From Candidatus Thorarchaeota archaeon (GTDB lineage Archaea > Asgardarchaeota > Thorarchaeia > Thorarchaeales > Thorarchaeaceae), in assembly GCA_008080745.1 (NCBI GenBank), contig SHMX01000007.1, positions 60,001-92,000 on the forward strand: a DNA stretch of 32,000 bases, read 5' to 3'. The translations under genes were made by a program, and so were the position numbers. Below the pieces are notes generated by a model. The model saw only the letters and a program-made list of their open reading frames with translations. It did not search any database and was not told the origin of the DNA. This document shows, piece after piece, positions 18,212 to 27,873 of this stretch (position 1 is its first letter; each line of letters starts with the position of its first letter).

Positions 18212-19144
18212 CTATACTAAAGGAATGTCCGGTGATTGCTCAGTTGCAATCTTTCCGCCAGTGAGTTCAGCATAGACTTTTTGGAAAGCTATGATGGTCA
18301 TGGGGAGTAAGAGGACTAACCATAGGATTACTGCAATGACCGACCAACCACCAATTACAGCTACCAGAGGAATAAGTTCCAATGGCAGAGTTGCTGGAGG
18401 TGGATTCATTGTGAATGATGCTACAATTCCGCCAATTATTGCAGGAGCAAACATGACTAAGAAGAGAACTATCACCGCTGTGAGAAGACCAAATACGCGA
18501 TCAAATCGTGTCTTAGCGAGGTTGAATGATTCCTTGAATGCATCCTGAACCTTGTTACCTGCAGTGATGGAGGGAAATACCATAGCACAGAATCCAACTG
18601 TGATGTAACTATAGATCCAGCTGAAAATAGTCAAGGGCACATTAGCGGGATATGTGATGTTCGGTCCGAGAGCCAGTGATGCAGCGCCCCAAACAAGAAG
18701 TTGTGGCACTATGATTATCAGCGTAAGCATGACACCTGCACCTGCAAAGGTGAGGAACTTGTGTCTAAACCATGAGAATGCAGATTCTGCTTTGGTCTCA
18801 CCAGTCTCTACGACTTCCTTACTCATGCCATATATTGAACCTACAACAATGAGGAATAAGGCTATAATTGGAATCATGAATAGTATTCCAACACCACCAA
18901 CCAATAGTGGGTTGTTTTGTGCGAATAGTGTCATATCCTGACCGAATTGGATCCAGAATTGTGGACCTGCCTGTAATGTTGCTGCAAATGCAATCAAACC
19001 AATGGGTATTGCTACGATTGCAAAGAGGATTGCGACTAAAACTAACATTCCAAGGTTTGCAAGGAAATAACTCAGTGCGTTATCCTTTGCTAGCTTGAAA
19101 CTCGACTTGAGATCGTCGATGAGTGTGTTGAAGTTGGTTGACAT
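18212..19144 (-). CDS. Multi-pass (about 6 TM) membrane protein, paralog of 17197..18138
   Basis: Same motif set as its neighbour. ATG at 19144 (MSTNFNTLIDDLKSSF) behind a GAAGGTG SD. The extension to 19219 runs through the palindromic promoter region and is probably untranslated. Confidence 0.82.
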   Translation of the reverse strand: MSTNFNTLIDDLKSSFKLAKDNALSYFLANLGMLVLVAILFAIVAIPIGLIAFAATLQAGPQFWIQFGQDMTLFAQNNPLLVGGVGILFMIPIIALFLIVVGSIYGMSKEVVETGETKAESAFSWFRHKFLTFAGAGVMLTLIIIVPQLLVWGAASLALGPNITYPANVPLTIFSWIYSYITVGFCAMVFPSITAGNKVQDAFKESFNLAKTRFDRVFGLLTAVIVLFLVMFAPAIIGGIVASFTMNPPPATLPLELIPLVAVIGGWSVIAVILWLVLLLPMTIIAFQKVYAELTGGKIATEQSPDIPLV

Positions 19145-19175
19145 TATTAGTTGCACCTTCATCATAGCGCGTTGG

Positions 19176-19275
19176 TCAAACGTTATGTTTATGTTGAACG
19201 TTTGATTAACGTCAAACATAACAACGCATCACTTCCATATAAAACTTCCTATTTTGGTGTTTATCAAACGTTTGT
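19176..19275. promoter_or_regulatory. Divergent promoter with repeated TCAAACGTTTGA-like palindromes (candidate ArsR operator) and a TATA-like box
   Basis: TCAAACGTTATG (19176-87), TTGAACGTTTGA (19194-205) and TCAAACGTTTGT (19264-75). Minus-strand TTTTATATGG box at about 19235-19244. Confidence 0.55.
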
Positions 19276-19325
19276 CATTATCGAAATATCTGGTCGGGAA
19301 TTCAGCGGATAATTAATTAGAGAGC

Positions 19326-21959
19326 ATGTCACTGAGCGCACAATTAGGAGTGGATCTTGCTATGCGCCACGGCAATGCCATTAATATTAGCTTAGTATGT
19401 ATGTTATGTTTTGCTATCATGCTCTCTCCCTCTCTGTGCATTTTTTCTGATACTCCTGCTTCAGGGGATTCTCCAAGAGGCTCAGATGTTATAGATGGCA
19501 ATATTCAGAGTTCAATCAACCGCATGATGAACGGATTCTCGACCGGATTTTTTAGAAATACTGGTCAGCGAGATGAGTCGACACTCTTCTTTATCTCCAG
19601 TTCAGAATTTGTAGTTGATATACAAACAAGCCAATTAGTTATATCCTTGCACAAGGCGGATATGGATGAAATTATTCTTAATTTTCCCGGTAGTAATTCA
19701 GTCCAGCCATCTTGTGAAGGGGAGCACGAATCAAGAATAAATCTATTTCAGGGAAGCGACTCCACCAAGTGGATCACTGGACCTTCCGAATTTGACCGGA
19801 TAGTTTTCAATGATCTCTATCCATCCATAGACTTGGTGTATTATATCCAAGATGGAAAGCTGAAATACGACTTTGTAGTTCATCCAGGGGGCAATCCTGA
19901 GGATATCAGACTTTCTTGGTCCGGACCTGTTAATGTTGACATAACTGATGAGGGCTGTATTGTATCAGCTGATGCAACAACAAGAAATGAATCCGTACCT
20001 TTGTTGGTTGACACATCTCCTTACAGTTACTCATTGGATGACATGTCGGAGGAGATTGCTTCATCATTTGTATTGTACGACTCATCCTACGGGTTCGCTG
20101 TTTCAGAATATGATAAATCAAAGACTCTTGTGATTGATCCCGCAATAATGACATATTCAACTCTCTTTGTTGGTGATAGCGGTGAGGTTGCAGGAGATAT
20201 CAAAGTATGTCCCAATGGAGATATCCTTGTTGCAGGACATTCGGATTCTACTACAATCCCTCTATTATACGAGTACTCAGATAATGCTGGAGGTATAGAC
20301 ATTCTAATCTTCAAATTATCTGCAGATGGCAGTGAACTCTTATTCTGCACTTTTGTAGGCGGAAGTGGTACAGACTTCTTCGAGGGTTTAGCCATCGATT
20401 CTGCTGGAAATATTTTCGTCACTGCACGGACCAGATCCACTGATTTTCCAACTAAGAATGCGTATAATTCAACAGGCGATGGTTCAAGTGAATATGATGC
20501 AGTTGTGTTCCGGCTTCGAGCTGATGGACGAGAACTCATCTTCTCCACTTACTTGGCTGGAAGCAGTAACGACTACCCAACAGGAATTGGGATTGATTCT
20601 TTTGGAAACGTAGTAGTCTGTGGATCCACATATTCGATGGACTTTCCAGTAACAGAAGGAGTATTAGGTGAAACTAGAAACTTGGAATCTGAAGGATTTG
20701 TATCCAAGCTATCTGCTAATGGTAGTATACTACAGTGTTCTACCTATTTCGGTGGCTCGGAAGGAGATAATATTGATTCTATCCAAGTAGATGAAGATGG
20801 CAATATCTACATCTGTGGGGATACCAATTCAATTGACATTCCTATTGCGAATGCCATTGACGGTGTGGGCGACGGATCAAATATGTCCATGGATGGGTTC
20901 GTGGCAAAATTGGTCCCTGATTTATCCGCAGTAATATTCTCAACCTATATCTCCGGAAGCGGTAACGAACGGGAACTTTTACTGGATAGGGATAAGGAGA
21001 ATAACATCTACCTATTAGGTGAAACCAACTCTTTCGACATTCCTTTGTATAATCCTATCTCAGATAACATCACGGGAACTGGGTACGATATCTTTGCTGC
21101 CAAGATATCTGCTGATGGAAGTAGCTTTGAGTACTTTACCTATTTAGGGGGTAACAGCACAGAATCATTAACAGGGATTTCAGTTGACCAATTTGGATGC
21201 CTCTATGGTGCGCTAAGTACAGACCAGGATTTTTTGGTGACGGACGACGCATTCGATAACGTCGGAGATGGAACTAGCTATCTTGATGTAGTATTCTTCA
21301 AAATATCCTCCTCTGGTGACGAGCTATTGTATTCTAGTTATCTGGGAGGAAGTGCTGGTGAAACATTTGCTCGAATATGTGCTCATTCTGGTAGTGTATA
21401 TATTCTTCTTCAAACCAGCTCCGAAGATTATCCCCTTATGAATCCTTATCAGGATACACCGGACGCAGATCCATTGCGAGGTGACTTGGCAATAACCGTT
21501 TTCTCAATGGTGGAAAAACCAGACCCGCCAAGTTGGCTCACTGCAAATATGGTCGGGTCTGCTATCCAGCTGAACTGGGATGATCCTGCTAACACCGGAA
21601 ACTCTCCAATCCTTAATTTTCGTGTATACAAGAGTCTTAGTGCGGGTTCTTTCTCTTCAGGAAATCTGATAGCTGAGATGCAAGGGAATCTATTCATTGA
21701 TACCGCCGTGGAAGTGGATACTGATTACTACTATGTTGTGACTGCAGTCAATGCTTATGGTGAAAGTGTGTATTCGGTAGAAGTCCATGCGTCTATTCCT
21801 GCAGCAATGGCTAATTCAACCACCACCACTACTACCACAACTACAAATGAACCTCCCTGGGCTATTTTTGGCATCTCAACCGAAACACTCGCACTGATTA
21901 TCGGGTTTGTAGCTCTGATTGCAGCTATTGGTGCAATAATTACCCGGAGAAAGACATAG
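19326..21959 (+). CDS. Secreted, C-terminally anchored SBBP beta-propeller repeat protein with DUF7948-like N-terminal domain and fibronectin type III domain
   Basis: Signal-like N-terminus. FFxNxGQ...YPSIDLVYY...LKYDFVVHPGGNPEDIRL domain. Repeated (F/Y)STYxGGSxxD...xxDxxGNxxxxGxTxSxDFP blades. FN3 (PDPPSWLTA...LNWDDP...YYYVVTAVNAYGES). Thr9 linker, TM and RRKT tail. The exact start is uncertain. Confidence 0.88.
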   Translation: MSLSAQLGVDLAMRHGNAINISLVCMLCFAIMLSPSLCIFSDTPASGDSPRGSDVIDGNIQSSINRMMNGFSTGFFRNTGQRDESTLFFISSSEFVVDIQTSQLVISLHKADMDEIILNFPGSNSVQPSCEGEHESRINLFQGSDSTKWITGPSEFDRIVFNDLYPSIDLVYYIQDGKLKYDFVVHPGGNPEDIRLSWSGPVNVDITDEGCIVSADATTRNESVPLLVDTSPYSYSLDDMSEEIASSFVLYDSSYGFAVSEYDKSKTLVIDPAIMTYSTLFVGDSGEVAGDIKVCPNGDILVAGHSDSTTIPLLYEYSDNAGGIDILIFKLSADGSELLFCTFVGGSGTDFFEGLAIDSAGNIFVTARTRSTDFPTKNAYNSTGDGSSEYDAVVFRLRADGRELIFSTYLAGSSNDYPTGIGIDSFGNVVVCGSTYSMDFPVTEGVLGETRNLESEGFVSKLSANGSILQCSTYFGGSEGDNIDSIQVDEDGNIYICGDTNSIDIPIANAIDGVGDGSNMSMDGFVAKLVPDLSAVIFSTYISGSGNERELLLDRDKENNIYLLGETNSFDIPLYNPISDNITGTGYDIFAAKISADGSSFEYFTYLGGNSTESLTGISVDQFGCLYGALSTDQDFLVTDDAFDNVGDGTSYLDVVFFKISSSGDELLYSSYLGGSAGETFARICAHSGSVYILLQTSSEDYPLMNPYQDTPDADPLRGDLAITVFSMVEKPDPPSWLTANMVGSAIQLNWDDPANTGNSPILNFRVYKSLSAGSFSSGNLIAEMQGNLFIDTAVEVDTDYYYVVTAVNAYGESVYSVEVHASIPAAMANSTTTTTTTTTNEPPWAIFGISTETLALIIGFVALIAAIGAIITRRKT

Positions 21960-21973
21960 AAAAAAACACAATG

Positions 21974-22005
21974 GATGCAGAGGAATACTCTGCATCTTTA
22001 TTTAA
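21974..22005. terminator. Bidirectional terminator-like hairpin between convergent genes
   Basis: GATGCAGAG-GAATA-CTCTGCATC, a perfect 9-bp inverted repeat (21974-21996), with an A-run on the left and TTTATTT on the right. Confidence 0.6.
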
Positions 22006-22032
22006 TTCTCTAATAAATGGAATAAATTGATT

Positions 22033-22722
22033 CTACTGTTCTATAAGTTTCTTCTCCGTTAATAGTAAAGTGATTGATAGGAAGAATTCTGCAAGTGAAC
22101 CAATTAGTGTTCCAAACATACTGCTTGGGACTGCAGAGCCTATGAACATGACCAATGCGCCTATGAATAACCACACCCAACGAGGAGATGTTTTCAGCAT
22201 CACCACAAATCCAATAATCATAATCACAATGATTGTCAGAATCGCCGCAATTGGAGGAACTCTCCCATGTGTTGGATCAATTATGTAGCGTAGAACCCCA
22301 TCGAACGTTGTGGGCACCAGAGTCACACCAATAACATGAGTCGTGAGAGCTATAACTATGAATACCATCATTACCACACCAAAAATGACTTGTAACATTT
22401 TCTTAGGTATTCCAAACCAATTGATGTCAAATCTGATACTTTGTTCATATGCCACAATGATGTACAGTGGAGTAAGTAATGCATGAACAATATATCTTCC
22501 AAGATTTAGATTATAGAGTAGTTCTCCCGTTCCCAATAACGTCCCAATTGATAGCACAATTGTATCATATAGTAGACCAAACATAACGACTATCATTAGA
22601 ATAAGACTAGTCTGTTTATTCTTCCTGAGTAGGAGAAAGGCCCAGTAGATGAGAAATATATATCCTATAGTTATGATTGGGTATAATATATCAGAGATCA
22701 CAGAATCACCTACGCTTTTCAC
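22033..22722 (-). CDS. Uncharacterised membrane protein (about 7 TM)
   Basis: 229-aa ORF with seven hydrophobic segments. No catalytic motif recognised. Confidence 0.8.
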   Translation of the reverse strand: MKSVGDSVISDILYPIITIGYIFLIYWAFLLLRKNKQTSLILMIVVMFGLLYDTIVLSIGTLLGTGELLYNLNLGRYIVHALLTPLYIIVAYEQSIRFDINWFGIPKKMLQVIFGVVMMVFIVIALTTHVIGVTLVPTTFDGVLRYIIDPTHGRVPPIAAILTIIVIMIIGFVVMLKTSPRWVWLFIGALVMFIGSAVPSSMFGTLIGSLAEFFLSITLLLTEKKLIEQ

Positions 22723-22762
22723 TTACTATCCCAAAGATTAGTTTTTTCCCTTCTATCATCGA

Positions 22763-24391
22763 TTAGTTCCATTCAATACCATATACTGCCATGTCATCTG
22801 TACCGCAGACAACATTGTCATCGAGATGTGCTTCTGCCAAAATCGTGATGGAACCTCCTTGTGCGAGAATATTATAGTGAAATGCAGTGAACCATTGTTT
22901 GTAAAACATGATATATGTGCAGTTCATCTCCTTTAGATAGTCTGTCACATTTGAAAGACTTGTTCTATTATGCAGAATTTCAGGTGAAACAAGCCCATAG
23001 AGATCTATTACAGTACCCTCGGCAAAGTATCCTATTGCTCCAACATCATAGGTCGCAATAACAGATCTCTCTGGAACATTCTCTCGAATCCAGAGCGAAA
23101 GAGTGACCTGCATCTCTTCAATATTCTTTGTCTGATTGGCATGATGGTCTACCATAAACACATATTGTCCCATAGAAGGATAAAATATCATCAGTATGAA
23201 TAGAACTGATACCACATTCACATCTAGTTGGGAGAACTTGAAGGTGTCTTCTTTTAGCTCCATGATTCTCTTTACCAGAATACCAATTCCACAAACAGCA
23301 GAGATGGCCAGAAGGTCAAAAAGAGGAACGAGATATCTAGCTGCGAACAACAGAGACATTCCTGGCATTGTAAATCGATAAAGTGCAAAGAGCGACGTCG
23401 TTATTGCAAGTAAAAAGGGACGCTTCTTGAATAGTAATACTACTCCACCAATGAATCCAGTAATCAGGTAGGGCTCATAAGGGAACCAGACTTTCCACCA
23501 AAAGTGATTCCAGAGTTCAACTGCTTCTTCGGATACCCCCCATCGCATCTTTGAGTAATACGAGTCCGGGAGGGGAAGACCAGTTGTATTGAAACAATGA
23601 AGTATCCAAGGGAGAACCACCAATGCTGCTAGTGCGAACATACCTATGATTGATGCCATTCTGTAACGGTCTATTTCTCTGTCTTTGAGAGCAAGAATAA
23701 ATCGAATTGGGAAACAGAGTGCTGCAATGAGGACAAATTCTGGTCTGCATAGATATGCTAAGCCAGCTACCACACCCAACGTAAGATCGTATCTCCATCC
23801 CTGTTTTGGCAACATCCATATCGCTAGGAGAATCATTAACATACCAAGAGGGGTCTCCATTCCTGATAACATAAGGCCTGCATTACGTGGTACCAGAATA
23901 AATGCAACCTGTCCAACGATTCCTATAACCCAATTATCAGCTCTTTCTTGAACGATTTTGCCAACAAGCACAACATCAAAGAAATACAGGATAGAGGAGA
24001 TTATTAGAACAGATGTGACTACAGTGTTGTGTTCATACCCAAAGAGAAAGATTGGAACAAGTACTACCGACCAAAGTGGCCCAGAACTTCCTGTGCTTGG
24101 GTATCCCTCTGCATATTCCCATGGATGACCTTCAAAGATGGTTCGGGCATATTGAACGTGAATCCATGAATCATCAAACGAAAAGCCATAGACACCCCAT
24201 GTGTTCATCACTAACAGCACATGACTTATTGAGAGGATTGTCAAGATGAGCGGTGCAACTACCAGTAATAACCATGACTCGGTTGATATTGTTTTGATTT
24301 TCTGAGGAATTAAACTCAATATTTCTATTAACTTCTTATGGATCGATTTACTCTCAGAGTTATCCAAGTCCTCATTCATCACAACATTCAC
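22763..24391 (-). CDS. GT-C fold membrane glycosyltransferase (ArnT/PMT/arabinofuranosyltransferase-like)
   Basis: First-loop acidic motif FSFDDSWIHVQYARTI...GSSGPLW, SGMETPL, YLCRPEF, about 11 TMs, and a C-terminal soluble domain (IATYDVGAIGYF...VIDLYGLV). Confidence 0.8.
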   Translation of the reverse strand: MNVVMNEDLDNSESKSIHKKLIEILSLIPQKIKTISTESWLLLVVAPLILTILSISHVLLVMNTWGVYGFSFDDSWIHVQYARTIFEGHPWEYAEGYPSTGSSGPLWSVVLVPIFLFGYEHNTVVTSVLIISSILYFFDVVLVGKIVQERADNWVIGIVGQVAFILVPRNAGLMLSGMETPLGMLMILLAIWMLPKQGWRYDLTLGVVAGLAYLCRPEFVLIAALCFPIRFILALKDREIDRYRMASIIGMFALAALVVLPWILHCFNTTGLPLPDSYYSKMRWGVSEEAVELWNHFWWKVWFPYEPYLITGFIGGVVLLFKKRPFLLAITTSLFALYRFTMPGMSLLFAARYLVPLFDLLAISAVCGIGILVKRIMELKEDTFKFSQLDVNVVSVLFILMIFYPSMGQYVFMVDHHANQTKNIEEMQVTLSLWIRENVPERSVIATYDVGAIGYFAEGTVIDLYGLVSPEILHNRTSLSNVTDYLKEMNCTYIMFYKQWFTAFHYNILAQGGSITILAEAHLDDNVVCGTDDMAVYGIEWN

Positions 24392-24466
24392 TCTTGGTTT
24401 GGTCCATTTTGAATGCCATTAATAATTTACCGTCCTTCAGCACGGTTGGATTGCAGGCGGTATCTT

Positions 24467-25204
24467 TCAAAATGAATTGAAAAAATTGAGTAGAATTCTG
24501 TAAGGATATTTTATCTTTGGAAGGTTGTTGATGGTTGGCTCAAGGTCGAATCCAAAGTCTGCTATTATATCTTTGTAGGTTGTGAATAGTGTCTTCATCT
24601 CCTCCTGCTTAAATTCGGGGTGAAACTGTACTCCCATGACATTTGCTTCATTTATTTCATAAGCTTGGATGAAATGATGTCCCATGTGTTTATGCTGGGA
24701 AAGGATGATGACTTCATCCGACCAAATCTGATTGTAATGGAAAGAATATGCATCGAACTCATCACTAATACCTTCAAAGACAGGATGCTCTGGTCGATCC
24801 AGTTTTACTCGACTAACTCCAATTTCAGGGTCCTCAAGAAATCTAACGCTTCCTTTTGTATAAGCTTCGATAAGCAATTGGGCACCAAAACAAATTCCAA
24901 AGACTGGTTGTCGGTCTTCTGTATCTAGTGATTGGTTCTCCTTGATAAGGTCTGAAAACCACCCTTTACTATCCCTTATCCAGTCTATATCTGCCGTGAC
25001 CTCTGTCATACCCCCTGAAATCACAAGCGGTTTCTTTGGAAGCTCATCAAGTACAGCTGTGTTCTCTGCAAAGTGAACAATCACCGCGTGGATATCATGT
25101 TCACTGAAACGTTGTTGAATTGGATAACCATAACCATGAGTGGAATCAATTTTTCCATCTGCTTCTAGTACAATGATATCCGCTTTTTCAGTTTCCGAGT
25201 CCAT
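24467..25204 (-). CDS. Class I glutamine amidotransferase-like protein (GMP-synthase GATase-like, stand-alone)
   Basis: Oxyanion ISGG, nucleophile elbow GICFGAQLL and GVQFHPE, giving an intact Cys-His-Glu triad. Confidence 0.9.
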   Translation of the reverse strand: MDSETEKADIIVLEADGKIDSTHGYGYPIQQRFSEHDIHAVIVHFAENTAVLDELPKKPLVISGGMTEVTADIDWIRDSKGWFSDLIKENQSLDTEDRQPVFGICFGAQLLIEAYTKGSVRFLEDPEIGVSRVKLDRPEHPVFEGISDEFDAYSFHYNQIWSDEVIILSQHKHMGHHFIQAYEINEANVMGVQFHPEFKQEEMKTLFTTYKDIIADFGFDLEPTINNLPKIKYPYRILLNFFNSF

Positions 25205-25209
25205 TCAGA

Positions 25210-26589
25210 CTAACCCCTACTGGAGTATCTAAGATAGAGGGATATTATTATTGCCATGCTTATGGTGCCCAGAGCAATCAATCCCAGCTCCACAAACGGA
25301 TTGATTTCGAAGACCGGATATAGTATCTCGATAACCAGTGCGATAATCTCAATAATTCCAACAATCGTGAATAGCAGGGCAATAGTGTTTAGAGACTCTT
25401 CACGTTGCTCTTTCTGCCTCTGGTAGAGCTGATCCAGAAGCTCCTCAATACTCTCTAGGTCTTCCGTTAAAGCCTCCAGCAGATTATCAGTAAGCCAGCG
25501 GTCGTGTAACTCTCTGAGGAGAATTCTTTTCTCCGTATCAAAGGTGATTTTGATTCCTCTATAATCTGCCAAGATTCTGTTGATTCCGTTTGTAAAACTC
25601 CTCACCTCTATGATAGAATCCTGCAGGTCAGATAGCTCCATATGCTCAAAGTGACGGTTGAACGAACTAAGTGCGTATTTGATGACATCCTTCAGCACGT
25701 CAAGGAATTGCCATTTGGCCTGAGCAATCTCAACCAGCCTTACATAGTCATAGACCGGACGTGAAGTCTGAGAATAACCATCCTCTTGACTCGATGTAAA
25801 AATAATGGAATGTCCCCATCCAAAGTACACATATCGATTTTCATAGATTGATAAATCTTCGATATCCATCTTGCTGGAAGGTGTGAGTAGTGTTCTGAAA
25901 TGCTCCCCCGGATTGTCCATATCGAACATTCTATCGGCAGGTATGTGGTATATTCTATGTGTCCAGGGAATAAAGTGTGTAGACTTATCCACCTCTCTGA
26001 TGTCTGGTAAGAATGAGAACCGATGATACGGAATTTCGAGCTTGTTAACTAATTCAATATACTTCTCAGCTAATCGGAATGAGATATCTTCAAAGTACTT
26101 TTTGAATAGCACATTGAGCCGTTCTGATGTTTCTTCTAATTCCAGAATGGTGATTCCATCTTCGTCATCCATCTCCACCCTGACACTACAAGTCGCAACG
26201 CCCACATCTGAGAAATAGAATCTGACATCTTTGAATATCAACGTATCAATAGGAAATTTTTCGGACACCTCATCACAAATCGGGTGACAGCATGAATTAG
26301 AATCATTATGAATCAGCTTCGCAACAACGAACGAGTTGTCTGTGCCAGGTGGTGTAAATACTCCCTTTGAGAGTTTGAACTCAGATGAATCTTCAAGTGT
26401 CCACTCTATTGAGAATTCGGGGATATCCGCAAGTATGTGTTCCTTATTCAGTTCTTCAACCAATTTCCATTGTTCTTTACGAAGCCCTCTGAAGAGAATT
26501 TCGTCCGTGTCCAAATAGATGAACGTGTTGAAGGGAGCGAAGATAAACTCCTCAATCTTATCAAAAACCAAATCGAGCATTTGCACCAT
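25210..26589 (-). CDS. CorA-like membrane protein (large cytosolic domain + two C-terminal TM helices), no GMN motif
   Basis: Alpha/beta N-terminal domain, long amphipathic stalk helices, then ESLNTIALLFTIVGIIEII and PFVELGLIALGTISMAIIISLYL. Its stop is 5 nt from the GATase start. Confidence 0.62.
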   Translation of the reverse strand: MVQMLDLVFDKIEEFIFAPFNTFIYLDTDEILFRGLRKEQWKLVEELNKEHILADIPEFSIEWTLEDSSEFKLSKGVFTPPGTDNSFVVAKLIHNDSNSCCHPICDEVSEKFPIDTLIFKDVRFYFSDVGVATCSVRVEMDDEDGITILELEETSERLNVLFKKYFEDISFRLAEKYIELVNKLEIPYHRFSFLPDIREVDKSTHFIPWTHRIYHIPADRMFDMDNPGEHFRTLLTPSSKMDIEDLSIYENRYVYFGWGHSIIFTSSQEDGYSQTSRPVYDYVRLVEIAQAKWQFLDVLKDVIKYALSSFNRHFEHMELSDLQDSIIEVRSFTNGINRILADYRGIKITFDTEKRILLRELHDRWLTDNLLEALTEDLESIEELLDQLYQRQKEQREESLNTIALLFTIVGIIEIIALVIEILYPVFEINPFVELGLIALGTISMAIIISLYLRYSSRG

Positions 26590-26694
26590 CCAATAATCCC
26601 TGTTTGAATTAATCCTTTGGCAGAATTCCTTCTGATACTATCTCTCTAGTATCAGTCGTTATCAATAAATGTGACCGTTACCAAGAAATGACCT

Positions 26695-27870
26695 ATGACT
26701 CCTAAGGGAAATGTCACTATCGAGTATCGGACCACACGTGGCGAGCTAAAACAAGCCGAGTTCGATAGTGGAACTGACACAATTAAGCTATCATTGAAAG
26801 AGATGACAAAAATAGACCTCTCCATATTATCTGAATTCCCCAATCTGGAGGTCTTGAATCTTCATTTCAATCACCTTCCTAGGATTGACTTATCCCCAAT
26901 CGCAGATTGTGAAAAACTACGTGCACTATATCTTTCTCAGAATAGGCTACGCACGATAGATCTCTCACCAATTGCTGCCGCTCCAAGTTTGGAGATTGTT
27001 CGATTGGACTCTAACAGGATTTCTAGTGTTGATCTCTATCCTCTAGCTGATAATGATACACTCAAGTCGCTTAATCTTACGGACAATCCATTAGAAACGG
27101 TAGATATCTCTCCTGTCTACTTTACTGCAAACGTAACAATAAGCGAGAAGACTCCTGTCATCGCAGATTATATGTTCAAATATCCTCGCTGTCCTAGAAA
27201 CATCTCCGATGTTGTTCATCGAAGAATGTATTTTCGACCTTATAATGAATTGTTTGAAGAGATGGGCTGGAAAGAACTACACCCTCGTATTGAGACCTTT
27301 CTACGAAACACACCACGGAATGAGCGGTTTGCAACTCAGCGGTCATTGTATGAGGGATTTAAACTAGGTGCAATTGGCTGCTATGATGGCCCTCTATCTA
27401 AGATTGCTGATGCCTTACCTGAATATGGTAGCTACGATAGTGTTCGTGATGAACTTGAGGCAATCATGGTCCTTCTATTGGAGGAACAGTTGGATAATGG
27501 GGGTCCGACAACCTTCCTTGATCCAGAGGCATTGAAGGACACGGCTGCAGCCCATTTGGTCCCAAAACTGGAAGAGGTTCGAAAATCTGAGGTTGAGAAT
27601 ACTGTCATTTTGATAAAGAAAGGTAAAGCATACATGCGACCTCTTTGGGCAACTGGATTGGGATTCGAAACTCTGAATAAGTTGAATATTGGATTAGAGA
27701 CTGATATGGCAGGTCTCCAAGCTGTTCGTGGATACCTTCGAAGTGAGGGGGTACAACTGCAGGTAGAAGAAGTTGATTATGTGAGACAAAAATACTACAA
27801 AGCTTCACCCAGTCTTCGACGTCATGTCTTTGATATGGTATTGGAATACGCAAAGAGAAGGAAAAGATAA
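26695..27870 (+). CDS. Leucine-rich repeat protein with C-terminal helical domain
   Basis: 22-aa LRRs LxxLxLxxNx(L/I)xx(I/V)DLSPL/I (about 5 units) followed by about 240 aa of helical sequence. Confidence 0.9.
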   Translation: MTPKGNVTIEYRTTRGELKQAEFDSGTDTIKLSLKEMTKIDLSILSEFPNLEVLNLHFNHLPRIDLSPIADCEKLRALYLSQNRLRTIDLSPIAAAPSLEIVRLDSNRISSVDLYPLADNDTLKSLNLTDNPLETVDISPVYFTANVTISEKTPVIADYMFKYPRCPRNISDVVHRRMYFRPYNELFEEMGWKELHPRIETFLRNTPRNERFATQRSLYEGFKLGAIGCYDGPLSKIADALPEYGSYDSVRDELEAIMVLLLEEQLDNGGPTTFLDPEALKDTAAAHLVPKLEEVRKSEVENTVILIKKGKAYMRPLWATGLGFETLNKLNIGLETDMAGLQAVRGYLRSEGVQLQVEEVDYVRQKYYKASPSLRRHVFDMVLEYAKRRKR

Positions 27871-27873
27871 AAA

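Noticed and set aside
19145-19219. 25-aa N-terminal extension of the membrane protein in the ORF track
   Set aside because: It spans the palindromic promoter region, and a clear GAAGGTG SD precedes the ATG at 19144.
21850-21959. PGF-CTERM/archaeosortase-type sorting signals on the anchored proteins (also the M14 C-termini)
   Set aside because: TM and basic tails are present, but no conserved PGF/PEF-like motif precedes the helices.
25210-26589. Assigning the gene symbol corA
   Set aside because: The GMN motif is absent; only the overall architecture matches.
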